Source: Haliotis cracherodii
Lineage: Eukaryota
Direction of reading: 5' to 3'
Assembly: GCF_022045235.1 (NCBI RefSeq)
Contig: NW_027266264.1
Coordinates: 67,394,001-67,458,000 of the forward strand
DNA: 64,000 bases
The first letter of the stretch is position 1, and the number at the start of each line of letters is the position of its first letter. Positions 36,238-49,526 of the stretch are shown here, in pieces. Below the pieces are notes generated by a model. That model was given only the letters and a program-made list of their open reading frames with translations, did not search any database and had not been told where the DNA came from. A program made the position numbers and the translations under genes.

Positions 36238-39200
36238 CTACAGATGTGTCTGGAAACAGAAAAGTCTACATTTCTCATATTTAGCCCATCCTCAATTTAA
36301 CTTGGTAGAGAATGTACAAAACATTATTCAAATAGTTCATCATAAGCATGTGATATAAATGCTTCCAAATGGTAACTTGATTCTCAACGGATCGCACATA
36401 TCCAGAAATAGGATGACAGCCTGAACAAATAAACATATTTACCTTGTAATAGTCAAATGTACACATGTTCTTTGGATCGCCACAAGGAAATATGTCAAAA
36501 CTATATATATCTTCAGTCCGTTTTCTTTCCAAAATGGAAAGCATTCACACAAACTACTTCCGCCTATCGTTACATGAAGGCTCGGTTGAAATGAAGAACA
36601 GTGCATTTCATTTAATCTTGTGTCCGTTTTATCAGCAGAAGTAAATAGGTATTTAAAGAAGGGTGAGCTTGAACATATTTGGCAATACATAGCTTTGTTT
36701 GCCTGCTAGCTCACAGTTTATTTCAATCTACTCAGAAACAACCCAGGACAAGGAGAAATGACATTACCAAATTACTATGACCTTGTTGTTAAAATTCAAT
36801 ATGATTAAAAGGGAGGTAACCCTATATTTACTATGGTCTGTGTCAGGTTCAGTTCTTGCACCACTACTTTTCGCTTCTCACACGTATGCGCTACTGCATA
36901 CCGACTTCCGTCTTTGTTGATGATAGCATAACGTGAATACTAATTACACAACACAACTACGCATCGAAACTACTCGTGGTTTTATCCAATTATATCATAT
37001 ACACTGCCCGACAGGAGAGTTGATAGACAAAAGACAGACAACTACAGTCACCTCTTACAGTGTCATAGCATAAGGGAAACTGAAAGAAAGACGACATAAA
37101 CGTTAAGAAAATAGAAAATATCTCCTCACTTTGCAACAGTGATACTATACGTGTTTGAACCCCATATTCCAGTTATATGTGTGATATACCCACTAAGTAA
37201 CTATCAACAACAACCATACCACACCGTTGGTGATATAGTAAGCACTGACCGCTACAATGTCAAGCCCCAGGTTTAGGCTCATGTCCGAGTATGCACGATA
37301 TGCACTGTAGGCTCCAGTTGTATATTCATACAGCGCCTCGAACAGGAAGGCATACTGCTCCTGGAATTAAACACCGACACGCTTGATAATATTGAGTATA
37401 AATATAGAGAAAATAATTTGAAAAATTAAATAGGGTTTATACTTCATGCCCTGAAACTCATGTACATCCAGATCGAGACATCGTAATTTGGGCCTTGTGT
37501 AGAACGCAATTTTCACTGCTGATCACTTGTACAAAACAATAGTCTGGAGACGGACAGATTTGGGTTTTGTAAACTTGTGTCAAATGTGATAGGACTACCC
37601 AAGTGCAATCACCCTTTGTGTGAATGAGTGAGGTTTTACGCCGCTTTCAGCAATATTTCAGCCATATCACGACGGGGGACACCAGAAATAGGCTTCACAC
37701 GTTGTACCCATGATGGGAATCGAACCCGAGCCTTCGACGTGACGAGCGAACGCTTTAACTACTGGGCTACCCCACAGTCCCGCCCCGGTTCAGTGTAAAT
37801 GAGGCTGTCAACTTTTAGTATGGGGGATTCGGGTGTCTATTTAGAGGGTATTAGGAACTCAGGGGTGTGGTACGCAGGACGCAAATAAAATCGTATTTGA
37901 TATTCAGATTTAACATTGGAGGCCGGAATAATTTCTTTTGTATATTTTATTTTTTCAGTAATTTAACTTCAAATCGCACCTTTTCTCAATGCTTTAAGGA
38001 TTCGCGTTAAGCTGTATTCGGGATTCAAGTCTGGGCAGTGAGACTCACAGTCAACAATTAGATGGTATTCGGTATTCTGGGGAGGAGAGAGTCGGCACCC
38101 ATTTTTAATCACAAAATCCCGTTCTGTCAGTTCAGCGTAATGGCACCCACCTCGGTCTGGACCATCTCCATCCGCTGTTCTCGTAGGTGAGACACGCAGC
38201 CGAAAACATCCACAATATCGTCAGCCTTTGCCTGGGACAGGAGGTAGTGCAGAGCAATGAATGTTCCAGTTCGGCCGATTCCAGCACTGAAATGAGCAAT
38301 AATGTGTAATTACATCAATATTAGTAAACATTAAAAACTCAACGCCCTTGATTCAAACAGCACAGTGAAAGAAGAAACTACCTGCAGTGGACGATGACTG
38401 GTCCGTGTACAGCTGACGCATCTCGGAGCACCGCTGACCGGAAGTCGAGAAATGACGTCACATCACGTGGGGAATCACAGTCAGGCCAGGCGGTGAAGTG
38501 GTATTGGTATATTTCCCTCTTCGCCTCTCCAGACTTGAACATAGGAACATGTTAGTGGCAATGTATCGCAATATTTGCGTCAAGAAAGTAGTTTCTAGTT
38601 ACTCAATCGTCCACTCTAGCTCACTGACACATAAACATGAGAGTGGAAGAAGTGTGTGTGTGTCTCTCTGTGTGTGTGTGTCTGTGATTAAGTTACATAA
38701 TACTGTACACCAGAAACTAATTTATTTGACGTCATGTACATAAGAGGACGAGCTCAATGTATCCTGTTGTATCGAGAGCATGACACGTTTTCACTTTCCT
38801 TCACGTAGGTCTTAAATGTGCCCCGCTTTCATTGGTGATTTATGAATATAGGTTATATTTTTACCTTGGCGATATTGAACGTCCTCTTTACATAACTGTC
38901 GCTGACTTCTTCAAGCACAAACTCCACCATGATGTCATCAAATGTTTTGTTTTCATTGAATTCGCCTGGCCAATACTTGACACACTTCATCTGAAAATAA
39001 CCATGGTTTGCGTCAATGTCTCAATAATCTGTGCAAATTGCTGTGATACATTCACGTTCTTATATCGGTGATATGGGTGCCTCATTCGTTTTCGTCGCCG
39101 CAATTCGCTGGGCAAAGTTGTTATCCTTAGGTGTGCGCAGAAACATCTGAAACCTGTATTGATTCAGGCGTATCAACCCACATTAAGATTACACTGCTTG

Positions 39201-42200
39201 ATATAATTGAACAACTGTTCAAGGTGGCGTTAGCCCCACTTCCCTAATCTTAATATTTCAGCCCGACTTTTGACAGAAGTTATTCTTATCAAAAAGTTAA
39301 ACAATCATAAAAGCACCGGAAAATATTCCATGGCAATCAGTTTGAGATTTAGTGTGCACCAATTTAACGATAACAAAATGGTAACAGGAAGACAACAAGG
39401 AATTTGGATTGTAATGATTCTGCAATTAAGTTTTATTGAGTAGAAGTGACAGGAAACAGTGGCTATAAAATTAAATACGAACACTATTTAGTCAGGACGG
39501 GAATGATATTAATGAAGTTATTCTAATTATTGAATCATTGATCACCACGTCTATGACAGTCCTGAAGGCGGATTACCTGGACGAACTTAGCCTGGCTGAC
39601 GATGTGTATCTGTACACATGAAATGTTTGAAATAAATCAATAGAAGTTCGTAACACAACCTTTCCGTCTTCGATGATGTTCGTAAGCATGACAATCTGTC
39701 GAGCATGGGTCTCCCATACCATCCTCCAGAAGTCTGGCACCACACGCAGAAACGGCCCTTAAAAACATGAGTGAGTATGGTTTTACGCCTTTTTTAGCAA
39801 TAATCCAGCAATATCACGGTGGGGGACACCAGAAATGGGCTTTTCACACATTGTACCCATGTCGGGAATCGAACCCGGGTCTTCGGCGTGACCAACGAAC
39901 ACTTTAACCACGGGGCTACCCGACCGCCCCTTTAAGAAACATGAAGTTTATCTGATTAGTTCATAACGGAAATGGGCTGACTGAAATATTTGTGATGGAA
40001 GAATAAAAAAAAGGCTTGAAGTGACAGCAAAACGAGAATGGCAGGTCGCGTAAATAATAAAATCTCAAGTAGAGATAATTTCCGTGTTTCTGATAGCTCA
40101 CCTTGCGCGGCTATGAACTGTTGCAGGCTGCCGACACCCTGGTGAGAAATAGAACGTTATCAATATTAACGGTGCATGTATGTGAATACACTGAAACCCG
40201 TTATACCAGACATCACCGTTTCTACTGTAAGCGTTCGGGTGACCACATGTCCGAATACGTTATAAGAGGAAAGTAGTAATATCACTTTCATCATAATTAT
40301 ATAGATTGCCCCAATGATAGTGAAGTGGGCGGGCATTCTGGATAAACGAGGTGTCTCTGTATGTACTATTCTCGGTTCTCGTACCTAGACTGCCGGGCAG
40401 AAAGTGTACACTAATGTTTGATGGTGGCTTTAAGAAGAACCCCCCAAAAAGACATCAATAATCGATGGGGATGTATTTCATACGGGTATCATAGTTGTGC
40501 TTTTAGGCGTCATGCTTGCAGTGTTTCGGCGACTGTTTTGGTAACGTTTGTAATATTTTGCTCAAATCCAGTTTTCAAGTGTATACTTTCTTTGGCCCGG
40601 AGGTTTAGTTAGGTTAGGTTCATTTACACACTTAAACGCAATCTGATGTAACGATTAATGTGAATATCTATCGCATACAGTCGTACTATGAATTCATACA
40701 CATTTGGGAATGTATGTCAAATATTGTTTCAAGTACTTACCCATATGAAATTTGTGGCATTTGTGATGGTAACTATGTTGTCTCAAACAATACTTTGCAT
40801 CACAAAACTATATTTTTTTTTCCTTTCATACACGTTAACGTGGATTTTTAAATCAAATTGAAGTTACGTTGTACGGTGAGTAAGTGGTTAGTGGTGTACC
40901 GCCACCAGTACAGTGTGTCTTGTGTCAAATCAATCAATGTGTGAGTGGAAAGTCCAAAACATGAATATGATGTTTTACCAGCATAACCATGGTGAAACTG
41001 GAATGTATACAATCAGCGGAGTGAGTGAGTGAGTGAGTTGGATTTAACGCCGCTTTTAACAGTAATAGTGATATAACAGTTATATCACGGCGTGTCAGCT
41101 TAATGTTGGAGGAAAGCCCGAAGTGATGCAGGTCTCAGACGTTTACCACTTCGGTGAAACCCACGAGCACGGATATGGCGCTGACAAACCTAGAAACATA
41201 ATTGGGGCGAACCGGGATTCGAACCCACAATCATAGATTTCTATGACGCAACTCTGCACAGCGACTCGCGGCGCCTTAGACGACTGGGCCACCCGTGCCC
41301 CCACAATCAGCGGAGAATGTCATCTTAGGGACACTTTCCTTAACAACCTGTGACGTTTAAGAATATGGTGCTACCTGCGCCCCGTATGTTCAATGACGCA
41401 ATAAACAACGAACATACCTGTATATAATTAGCATTGATGTATCCACTGGAAACATTCTCGGCGACCACCTTTAACACAACTCGACTGCTATCATCTGAAT
41501 GTGTAGTGAAGATACAAAGAAAATTAATAATAATTTATTTCATAGTGAGATTTACAGAAATGGGTTTCACCGATTATATACCGATAAATATTTGCTCATA
41601 ATCTCAAACAGGCTCCATTATTTACAGACCGACGTCAAATAGCTGGAATATTGCTGACAAACAAACTATACGATTGTTACCTACATGAACAAACGTCTTT
41701 GCTGACAAGCGTGATTAAATGTTATTTTTGATGAACACAACCAGTGAGTGGTTTGGGATAAATGCCGTTTTGAAAATTATTTCTGTAATATCACGGCGTA
41801 TCAGCTTAATGGGGCAGGACAGTCCGAAGGGATGCATGTATTAGAAGTTTACTGTGCGCTCAAAATAAAAACTCATATTCAGGATGAATCTGGGATTCGA
41901 AATCCTATCGGACGTAACTTTGTTATCACATGGGCATCAATTGGGCCACTCTCAAAATAATATCAAATTTTACTCGGGGATATACCGATATATCGTCTCT
42001 GAATGAATGGCTATTGTTCTCCCTGTCCACACTAAGATATACGGATTATCTCCCCTGAGTTAATTGACATTGTATGTCAGGCGACATTGTATGGCTCGCG
42101 ATGAATTGACAAGGAACATGTAACTCGCACCTTTTCGTTGGCCTTTTGTGCCAGGGCTACAGCTGCCGGTCGGAGGCTACTTACACGGTAGAACATCCCG

Positions 42201-45200
42201 GTATCTGTTCTTGCAGATGTTATCACTCTTCTGCGCCTCACTGCACAGCGTGTAGTCTGCTCTGGGTAGATCCTTCAAACAAGTTGATAATTAATCAAAC
42301 ATTTAGATAATATTTCTGGCTAAAACATATACAACGTCAATGGCAGAAAACATAGTGTTGATTTTCCTACGAAACCTAGTTCCTTTGGGGTAAAAGACAA
42401 AACAGCGGTGAAAACAACACGAATGGAACACTGAAGGTCAGTGATCACACCAAGTGGTTCTCCAGAGTTTCAATAACCAACAACTTATATAATACCCAAT
42501 TGTTTGGTCATTGTCAGTTGCGTGACGTCATCCACCTAGAAATATTTCAAGCATTACCTACTTTCGATTATCTGTGAATTTTGTTTGTGATAATGTAAAG
42601 CCGACTGATACAATACCGCTTAATGGGAGATACTGTTCTGAAGAATCAAGCCAACGGCCATGCGAGGTAACAACAAGAACCATTTTTAACATCATTTGGT
42701 ATGACGGAGCCGAGGATCAAACCACCGGCCCTTATCTCTCCGGGCAGACGCTCTATCCATTAGACCACGGAGGCGGTCTACCTTGAGTCATAATATACGG
42801 AGATGGGATATATCGGATGTATTGTGTATCGGAAGACTTTTATGGGTGAAGATGTTTTACAGACTACTGCGGTTCAAAAAAGAAAAAATATGTAATGTTA
42901 TAAAGTTACATTTTTACATGCATCACATTTTCTAATCGCTTGTATAGCAAATGCCTTCACATCGTAGTATGTATATTTAACATGACACTTACTGCAAACT
43001 GCTTGAACAGACACTTGGTACTGAGGAGGAGCTGTAGACATCGCCTCATGTCCGTCTCGTGGGTCTCTGTAGCTGACTCTCTATGGGGATGGCCGTCATA
43101 CACTGTGTCGTCGACAGCATCAGTGCCGAGGCGTTTGTCGTCACTGACGCCGCTGGTACTTGGACTCGGGTTGTTATTGACTGCTTGGAGTTCTGAAATA
43201 AACAACTGATGCATTTAGTGTGAATTTTGTAGTGAGAGCGTTGTTGCACTACCTTGCACTATGGTACGAAACCGCACCCATCCACCGGTACTTCCCAGGT
43301 GTGATAATTTGAAGTTCAGTTAATTAAAATTGAATGGACATAATGAACAGTCACGCATACTAAGAATTTGCTCAATACCTAATCATATGACAAGATTGAA
43401 TCTGGTTCCTACACAATGTCAAATAAAACGAACATCCAAATTGAATATCGACGACATTAAATTACATCAGGTGCAAAGTGAGTATAGACCTTTCCACATC
43501 AATTGTATCGTTGTTTATCATCCAAAACTGGCTCCCACAGGAGATATCGCTTGGGTAAGATCAAGCGATATCTATACTGTAGATATTGCTGCAATAAAAT
43601 TGCATCACAATGCTTTGCAGACCATTGTGACGTCATTGGTTACCATGACGTCACAATCAAATGACATCACTAATGGCTCTGCTACTGAAGCTGTTAGCAG
43701 TACTTTTTACACTTAAGACACTGCTTATTACTTTCTGCAAACTGAAAAAGTTGGATGAATGATTTTGGATGATAAATAAAATCTCACCCTCGTGTCTTTT
43801 GATATCAAATATATCAACACTCGTTGATAAAAGTGGAAAAAAATCCTCGGCAAGCCTCGGAGTTTTCCCACTTTTATCAACTCGTGTTGATTTATTTGAT
43901 ATCAAAAGACACTCAGGTGAGATTCTCTATTTATACTATCCAACAAATGTAGCAGATAGTGGGAATCATCCAGACATATCTTGTGATCTATATGATATGA
44001 TCAAATCTGTTGGGGAGTAGGCGATCAGATTCTGGGTTGTAATGGTTAATGTGATCAGATGGTGGCACACAAGGTCGTTAAAGAGGTGTGTGTGTGTGTG
44101 TGTCGAAATTTGTATTTTGCAGCCAACGTCACTGATATCGGGTGAAACCACCTCTGTTGGCCAGACATGCACGAATTCTTCGAGGCATGCTTCTGATGAG
44201 TCGACCAATGTCAGCTGGACTCATGTTAACATGGATGTGTAGCTGTTGGAGGAATTGGGTCACAATCCTCACAAGATGAGCACGTGCATTATCATCTTGA
44301 AACATGAAACGTTGCCCAACACGCTTTGCAAGAGTGGTGCAACGATGTTGACCCGATAGTGTTGTACTGTGACTCTACCATGGACGGTATTGAACGCAGT
44401 TCAGCCAGTCATTGTGATACCACCACATACCATTATGGACCCGCCCCCAAAACGATCATGATGTACGACGTTAACGCCCATAAAAGGTTCATTAGAATCG
44501 ATTCCTTCGGTCGTTGAAGTAGGTAGTGCTGACGTCGCCTACACCGCTGACGCTCACAATCTGCTGTTGACAAATTGAGAAACATGTAGCGTTTGGGCAA
44601 CAATATTCTGACGTGTGCCCACCTCCAACATGCCTATGGCACGTACGCGTTCAGAACGTTGCAGACATCGCATGATCAATGATGTTGTTTCCTTAATGAT
44701 TAAATGTGTTGAATAAAGTGTCTTTGGGCGTTTAGTTCCAAGAAACCAGTATGCGTCTGCTTACAACCGAGTCTGAGTGACAATTGTAAATCAGGCATAA
44801 CACCCTTTGCACGTACTGTCCTGGGTGACATGCTTCATGACTGTCACAATGTTGTGTTTTTGAGATTGCCTTCTTCGGAAATGTTCTTGCCACATAAATC
44901 GCTTACTTTCATTTCCAGACATTTGAGTATTTTCACCTCAAACAAAATATCCCCTGCGTGTTTGCATAGTATATTATATTCATAAACCTTTATAAAACCA
45001 AATACCATACCGTTTACCACTTCTAAACATAAACTTTGGCTGTTTTGATTTCCTCTGGATAGGCAGCTCATTGAACCCTCACGAGAAATCGGTGTTACCC
45101 TGGAATTGCACAAGGAAATGATATTTCATTGAGAACATGTGAGTAGTTACGGGTGTACGAATGGTGAGTATGGGAAGCAGACTTGGAAGCGTGGATCTCA

Positions 45201-45859
45201 GAGTAAGAAGAGATTAGAGCAGCCAGGTTTGGCAGTCGGACAGTTTCTCAACGGGAAACGTAAACAAGACATATTTATGAAAGGCCAGAAAAGAGTCTTA
45301 ATGTGCCTTGCACAACGAACACCCGGTGTGATCACTGATTTTTAGTGATCCATTCAAAAATTTCATCACTATTTTGCCTTTATGGAATCTCTTTCGGCAG
45401 ATAATCGGGACAGTTTATTTCCTGATTTTGACATTTTGAATTTACTGGTGTTATCGTCGGTACATATACAGTGATCACAAAAGGTAAATGTTTCCACAAG
45501 CAGTTTTCAATTTGTTACAGGGAAGTTTCTGTACACACCAATAACAAGTGCAACTCACCGACCAGAGTTCGCGTATGCACTGACACGGCGACTGTTTCCG
45601 CCCAGGCGCCACCCGTGACTGAATTGGTACAAAAACATTGAGTTAGGGTTTCGTTGCCACACACGAATGACTTTGTATAAACATTAACCTGCCTGTAATT
45701 GTATAACATCAGTAACGACAGCATGCACGGATACATGTCATACATATGTGCCTGTTTGTGTTTGTTATGTGTGTTTATGTATGTGTATTAGGTGCGTGTA
45801 AGCGCGCGTGCGCGGATATGTGTGTGCGTGTGTGTGTGTGTTTGTGCGTGCGTGCGTGC

Positions 45860-45894
<35 letters not shown>

Positions 45895-46681
45895 AGCGGG
45901 CGTGTGTGTGTGATTTCAAATAAATAATTGTCACATTAAAGAGGGACAAGACTCGAGTCAATATGTAGCCTCAGTAACCAGGTCATTCAAACACACTTTA
46001 CCTGTTTTTATAATTGCCCTAATTACAACGAAACATTATCTTAATTTCACACGAGGCACTAACAGTAATGTTTTGACCTATTGTGAAGCGTTGCCCCGCT
46101 TTAATGTACTTTCTCAGTATACAGACTAACGCGGGACTTACCGGCGTGTGCAGTAGATGCACGTGAACACTTCGATCACAAATATCACCACAAGCAAGCC
46201 ACTTGATACACATATGACAGATGGGAAGGCTTTACCTAATGAAATGAAACGTACATAGGAAGAAGTGAAGGTTACATTTATTGTTGAATCAAATTATACT
46301 TTATGCGTTATAATAAGTTATATATAACGAGATTTTAAATGATTGTTCAAGTTATCAAATGACAAGTTTTAATTGACTGACACACTTTGAAACGCAATGT
46401 TCACGTTTAACTATAAATGTATGCGATATTCGGCAATGATGATGATGATGGTGATGATTATGATGATGATGATGATGATGTTGGAGATTTAACGAGCGCT
46501 TCCGGGATATCGATTTCTCACTCGGTATTCGGCAATGTTGTTTCAGTTATAGCCTATTAAATATCAATGAAACGTGTCTCAACAGGCAGTTATTTATGTA
46601 TTAACACTTGGAGTCACTGTGTTCTAATGCTAAGGATTAATATGACAGAAACTAATCAATACCAGTACACTTACAGTCCAT
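36238..46681 (-). CDS. Membrane-anchored classical protein tyrosine phosphatase, single catalytic domain (~397 aa)
   Basis: Exons: 46675-46697 (ATG at 46681), 46142-46235 (TM), 45563(or 45559)-45618, 42993-43192, 42185-42272 (KNRY), 41418-41494 (YINANY), 40102-40138 (IAAQG), 39660-39757 (DFWRMVWE), 38865-38990 (KCVKYWP), 38382-38533 (WPD...VHCS), 38151-38286 (AGIGRTG...MVQT), 37250-37360 (EQY), 36238-36249 (THL*). The catalytic core is certain; the 5' start and last micro-exon are less so. A probable upstream exon ends at 48202. Confidence 0.88.
37624..37785 (-). mobile_element. SINE family A
   Basis: Full-length match to the other copies. Confidence 0.8.
39771..39930 (-). mobile_element. 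SINE family A, adjacent to a PTP splice acceptor
   Basis: Full length; near-TSD ttaa(g)aaacatga. Confidence 0.85.
40189..40359. mobile_element. Degenerate Tigger/pogo-like MITE
   Basis: TA flanks; imperfect TIR cactgaaacccgttataccaga / tctggataaacgaggtgtctctg. Confidence 0.5.
41022..41302 (-). mobile_element. tRNA-derived SINE, family D
   Basis: 13-bp TSD acaatcagcggag; (ACTC)n tail. Related copies at 2949-3146 (+), ~20030-20230, ~35764-35975 and ~49600-49830. Confidence 0.8.
43773..43933. repeat. ~160-bp near-perfect palindrome (foldback MITE)
   Basis: Arms atctcacc...gtgtcttttgatatcaaat...ttgataaaagtgg are inverted around a central ggcaagcc. Confidence 0.85.
44130..44680 (-). mobile_element. 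Degraded Tc1 transposase remnant in a PTP intron
   Basis: ERVRAIGMLEVG at the N-terminus; FQDDNARAH; LIRSMPRRIRACLANRGGFTRY at the C-terminus. Confidence 0.75.
46436..46481. repeat. (GAT)n microsatellite
   Basis: Direct reading. (TG)n and (TGCG)n tracts also occur at ~45820-45910 and ~48460-48525. Confidence 0.9.
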
Positions 46682-47433
46682 ACTTGTGCTGTTATCCCTG
46701 AAAGGCGAAAGAGAAGGTACTTCCTTAAAAAATAATCAAGAATACACATCCAGTTAGTTAATTGCATTACAAGTCCGTTATTTCCTCAACAGCGAGGCAT
46801 TATGACATCTGAAAAACCTTGTTGAACCCATATACACTATTGATACCACAGAGGTATTCCCCCTTTATCAACACTGCATCTTATACGATTAATTACTATT
46901 TTCAGTAAAAGGCTCAATATATATTAAAGGACTAACCATGACCTCTCATGCCGTCAATCTAGAGCCATTAAGCCATGCTTGATCCACGAAACAAATATAG
47001 ACTTATTTCATTTTCTTATACAAATCCAGTTGATATTAGTGTTGTAAGGTTATTGTCACACATAAACTCTATCGTGTATGAAAATAAAACGTGTCTGAGA
47101 AATAGCAGTTATTAAACAGATGTAGACACGGATAAATATGGGGGATGCAGTGGATTCAGGTGCCGGTGCATGCTCACTGTTCAGTTTCACAGTCGTTTCC
47201 TGAATGCCTTTAGCATCAGCCGTTCAAGCAACTACATACATGTGTGTCAGAGCTTATGGTTTTCTTAATGTTTTGTTTAGTGAATGTCGATTGAATCTTT
47301 TTTTGTGAATAATCCCAGACCATAAAAGATATGGTATAATAACTTTTGAACGTCAGTTCGTATTACTTCATCTACACAAGAAATAATTTTTTACTTCATA
47401 TCACGAATGCCGTAATTATCAATCATTTAACTA

Positions 47434-47496
47434 GTGAAGGTGAGATTGGGTTTAACGTCGCGTCCAAGATTATTGCACTTATATAGCGACGTGCAT

Positions 47497-47541
<45 letters not shown>

Positions 47542-47798
47542 TGTATTAGCCCGGACTGATGCCGATTTATAGTGCTAGCTCACTGAGATACCTTGCCGCA
47601 GTTTAACATGCATATCTCACTCAGACACAGTATACTGACTCCGAGCCGACCAGTCCTTGTTTTATCCCCTTAATGCCGAGCGCCAGGGTAACAACAAGTA
47701 CCATCTTTTAAAGGTCTTTTGGTATGACGCGGCCGGGGATCGAACCCCGGACCTTCCGCTCTCCGGACGGACGCTCTACTAGACCACGGATGCGGTCC
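47434..47798 (-). mobile_element. V-SINE-like element (family C)
   Basis: TSD aatcatttaacta. Confidence 0.82.
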
Positions 47799-49350
47799 AA
47801 TCATTTAACTACTTATAACTACACAGCTGCACGTTTTCCTGTTTATTAATGATCCATATGTTTTAAAAATATTTCTCGGAACAACCTTTTTGACATTTTA
47901 TTTCATGGAAGTACATGTGGTTAACATAATACAGTTCATCACTCAACTGACCTAACTGGTTAGACTCCCTGACACAAACTTCAGCCAATAACAACGTATG
48001 CATAAAAGATGTAATCATATTAATAGCAGGGGTAAACGGTTCTGACCGTATAAGGAGAATTCAGTTTCAAATTCCCACGTGTGAAAATAAGATTACTTCA
48101 GATTTGATATTGTCAGTTATGTTAGTGAAATAGACTTTTTATCTGATGAAACATTCTCTTGCAACGATGTAGGTAAATGATCACTAGAAATGCGAACTTA
48201 CCCCGTGTGGTCAGGCCTGCAATGTTTAGTAGTTGAACCGTTATGTATGGTGCACGTCCTTGTTTTACATCGATACTGATACCGCTTGTACGTCACACAC
48301 TACAACCTTCTATTTCCTGTCCTACTTGTCACTGACATCAATAATATTCATATGAAGTAAATCTAAACAAAGTTTCAAATCCATCAGCATGGTAGTGATC
48401 ACTGTGAAACCATGCTGCTCGGGAAGGGATAATTGAATTAAGAATATGGACTCCATTTTGTGTGTGTGCGTGCGTGCATGTGTGTGCGTGTGTGCGTGCG
48501 TGCGTGCGTGCGTGCGTGCGTGGCCGTGCGTGAAGCAGTGACCGAAAAATGGGTTTGTCAGAAAAAAAGGCCCACGTCGCAGGATGTTGAATACCCGATG
48601 GTATTTTATTGTGTAATGTGTAATGTCCTCACGTGTGGAAGTCCTTGCTTATTTTATAAAGTCAACATCATCCGTATCCAGTCAACCCGCATGGGATTGT
48701 AACAGGCCCACAACACTCTATTTGTTGTCGTAAGAGGTGACTCACTAGGATCAAATTATCAGGCTCGTTGACTTATTTACGTGTCATCGTACCCTGACTA
48801 CGTGGGACGTTGCTCATAATATCAACCACCGGTTTGTCTGGCACACATTCGATTATTTATAGGTCGATATGATACAGCTGGAATATTGCAGACAGCGGTG
48901 GAAAGAAACGACAAAGAAACAAAATTTGATACTGAATTGTTGGTAAGTTAGAGATACGAGAAATGGTATTTTAATTCAACAAAATCAAAAGCGAAATCAT
49001 GTGATGAATATCTCGCCATCTCGTTAATGGGATTTGGGTGACATACATGTTCTTGTACAGACATAATTTTGTTAACAAACCAAGTCATATAACATTATGA
49101 AATATTTCCGCCACTTCATATCATGCAAAACGCTAAGGTGTTAATAAAGACGTGCTTGTTGTTTCGAAGATAAATGACCCAGCGAAACTTAATCAGAGGC
49201 GATCAATTTTGGTGTACTTTGAAGTTACCTCAACAGCAGTTCGATATTTTGTCGATCAGAGATACCGATAGTCGATATAAGGTTCAGTGAATGAGTGTAT
49301 TAAATGAGTATTTAAGTGATATCACAGCGAATCAGTGAAATGTGTGATGA

Positions 49351-49526
49351 GTGAGTGAGTGAGTGAGTGAGTGAGTGAGTGTTTACGCCGCTTTTAGCAA
49401 TATTCCAGCAATATCACGGCGGGGGACACCAGAAATGGGCTTCACACAGTTTACCCATGTCGGGAATCGAACCCGGGTCTTCGGCGTGACGAGCAAACGC
49501 TTAAACCACTAGGCTACCCGGCGCCC
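49351..49526 (-). mobile_element. SINE family A
   Basis: TSD aaatgtgtgatga. Confidence 0.88.

Noticed and set aside
39577-39609. 33-nt in-frame AG...GT segment (IHIVSQAKFVQ) inside a PTP intron
   Set aside because: It would need a ~50-nt intron and would interrupt the canonical EDGK-MKCVKYWP junction; no support.
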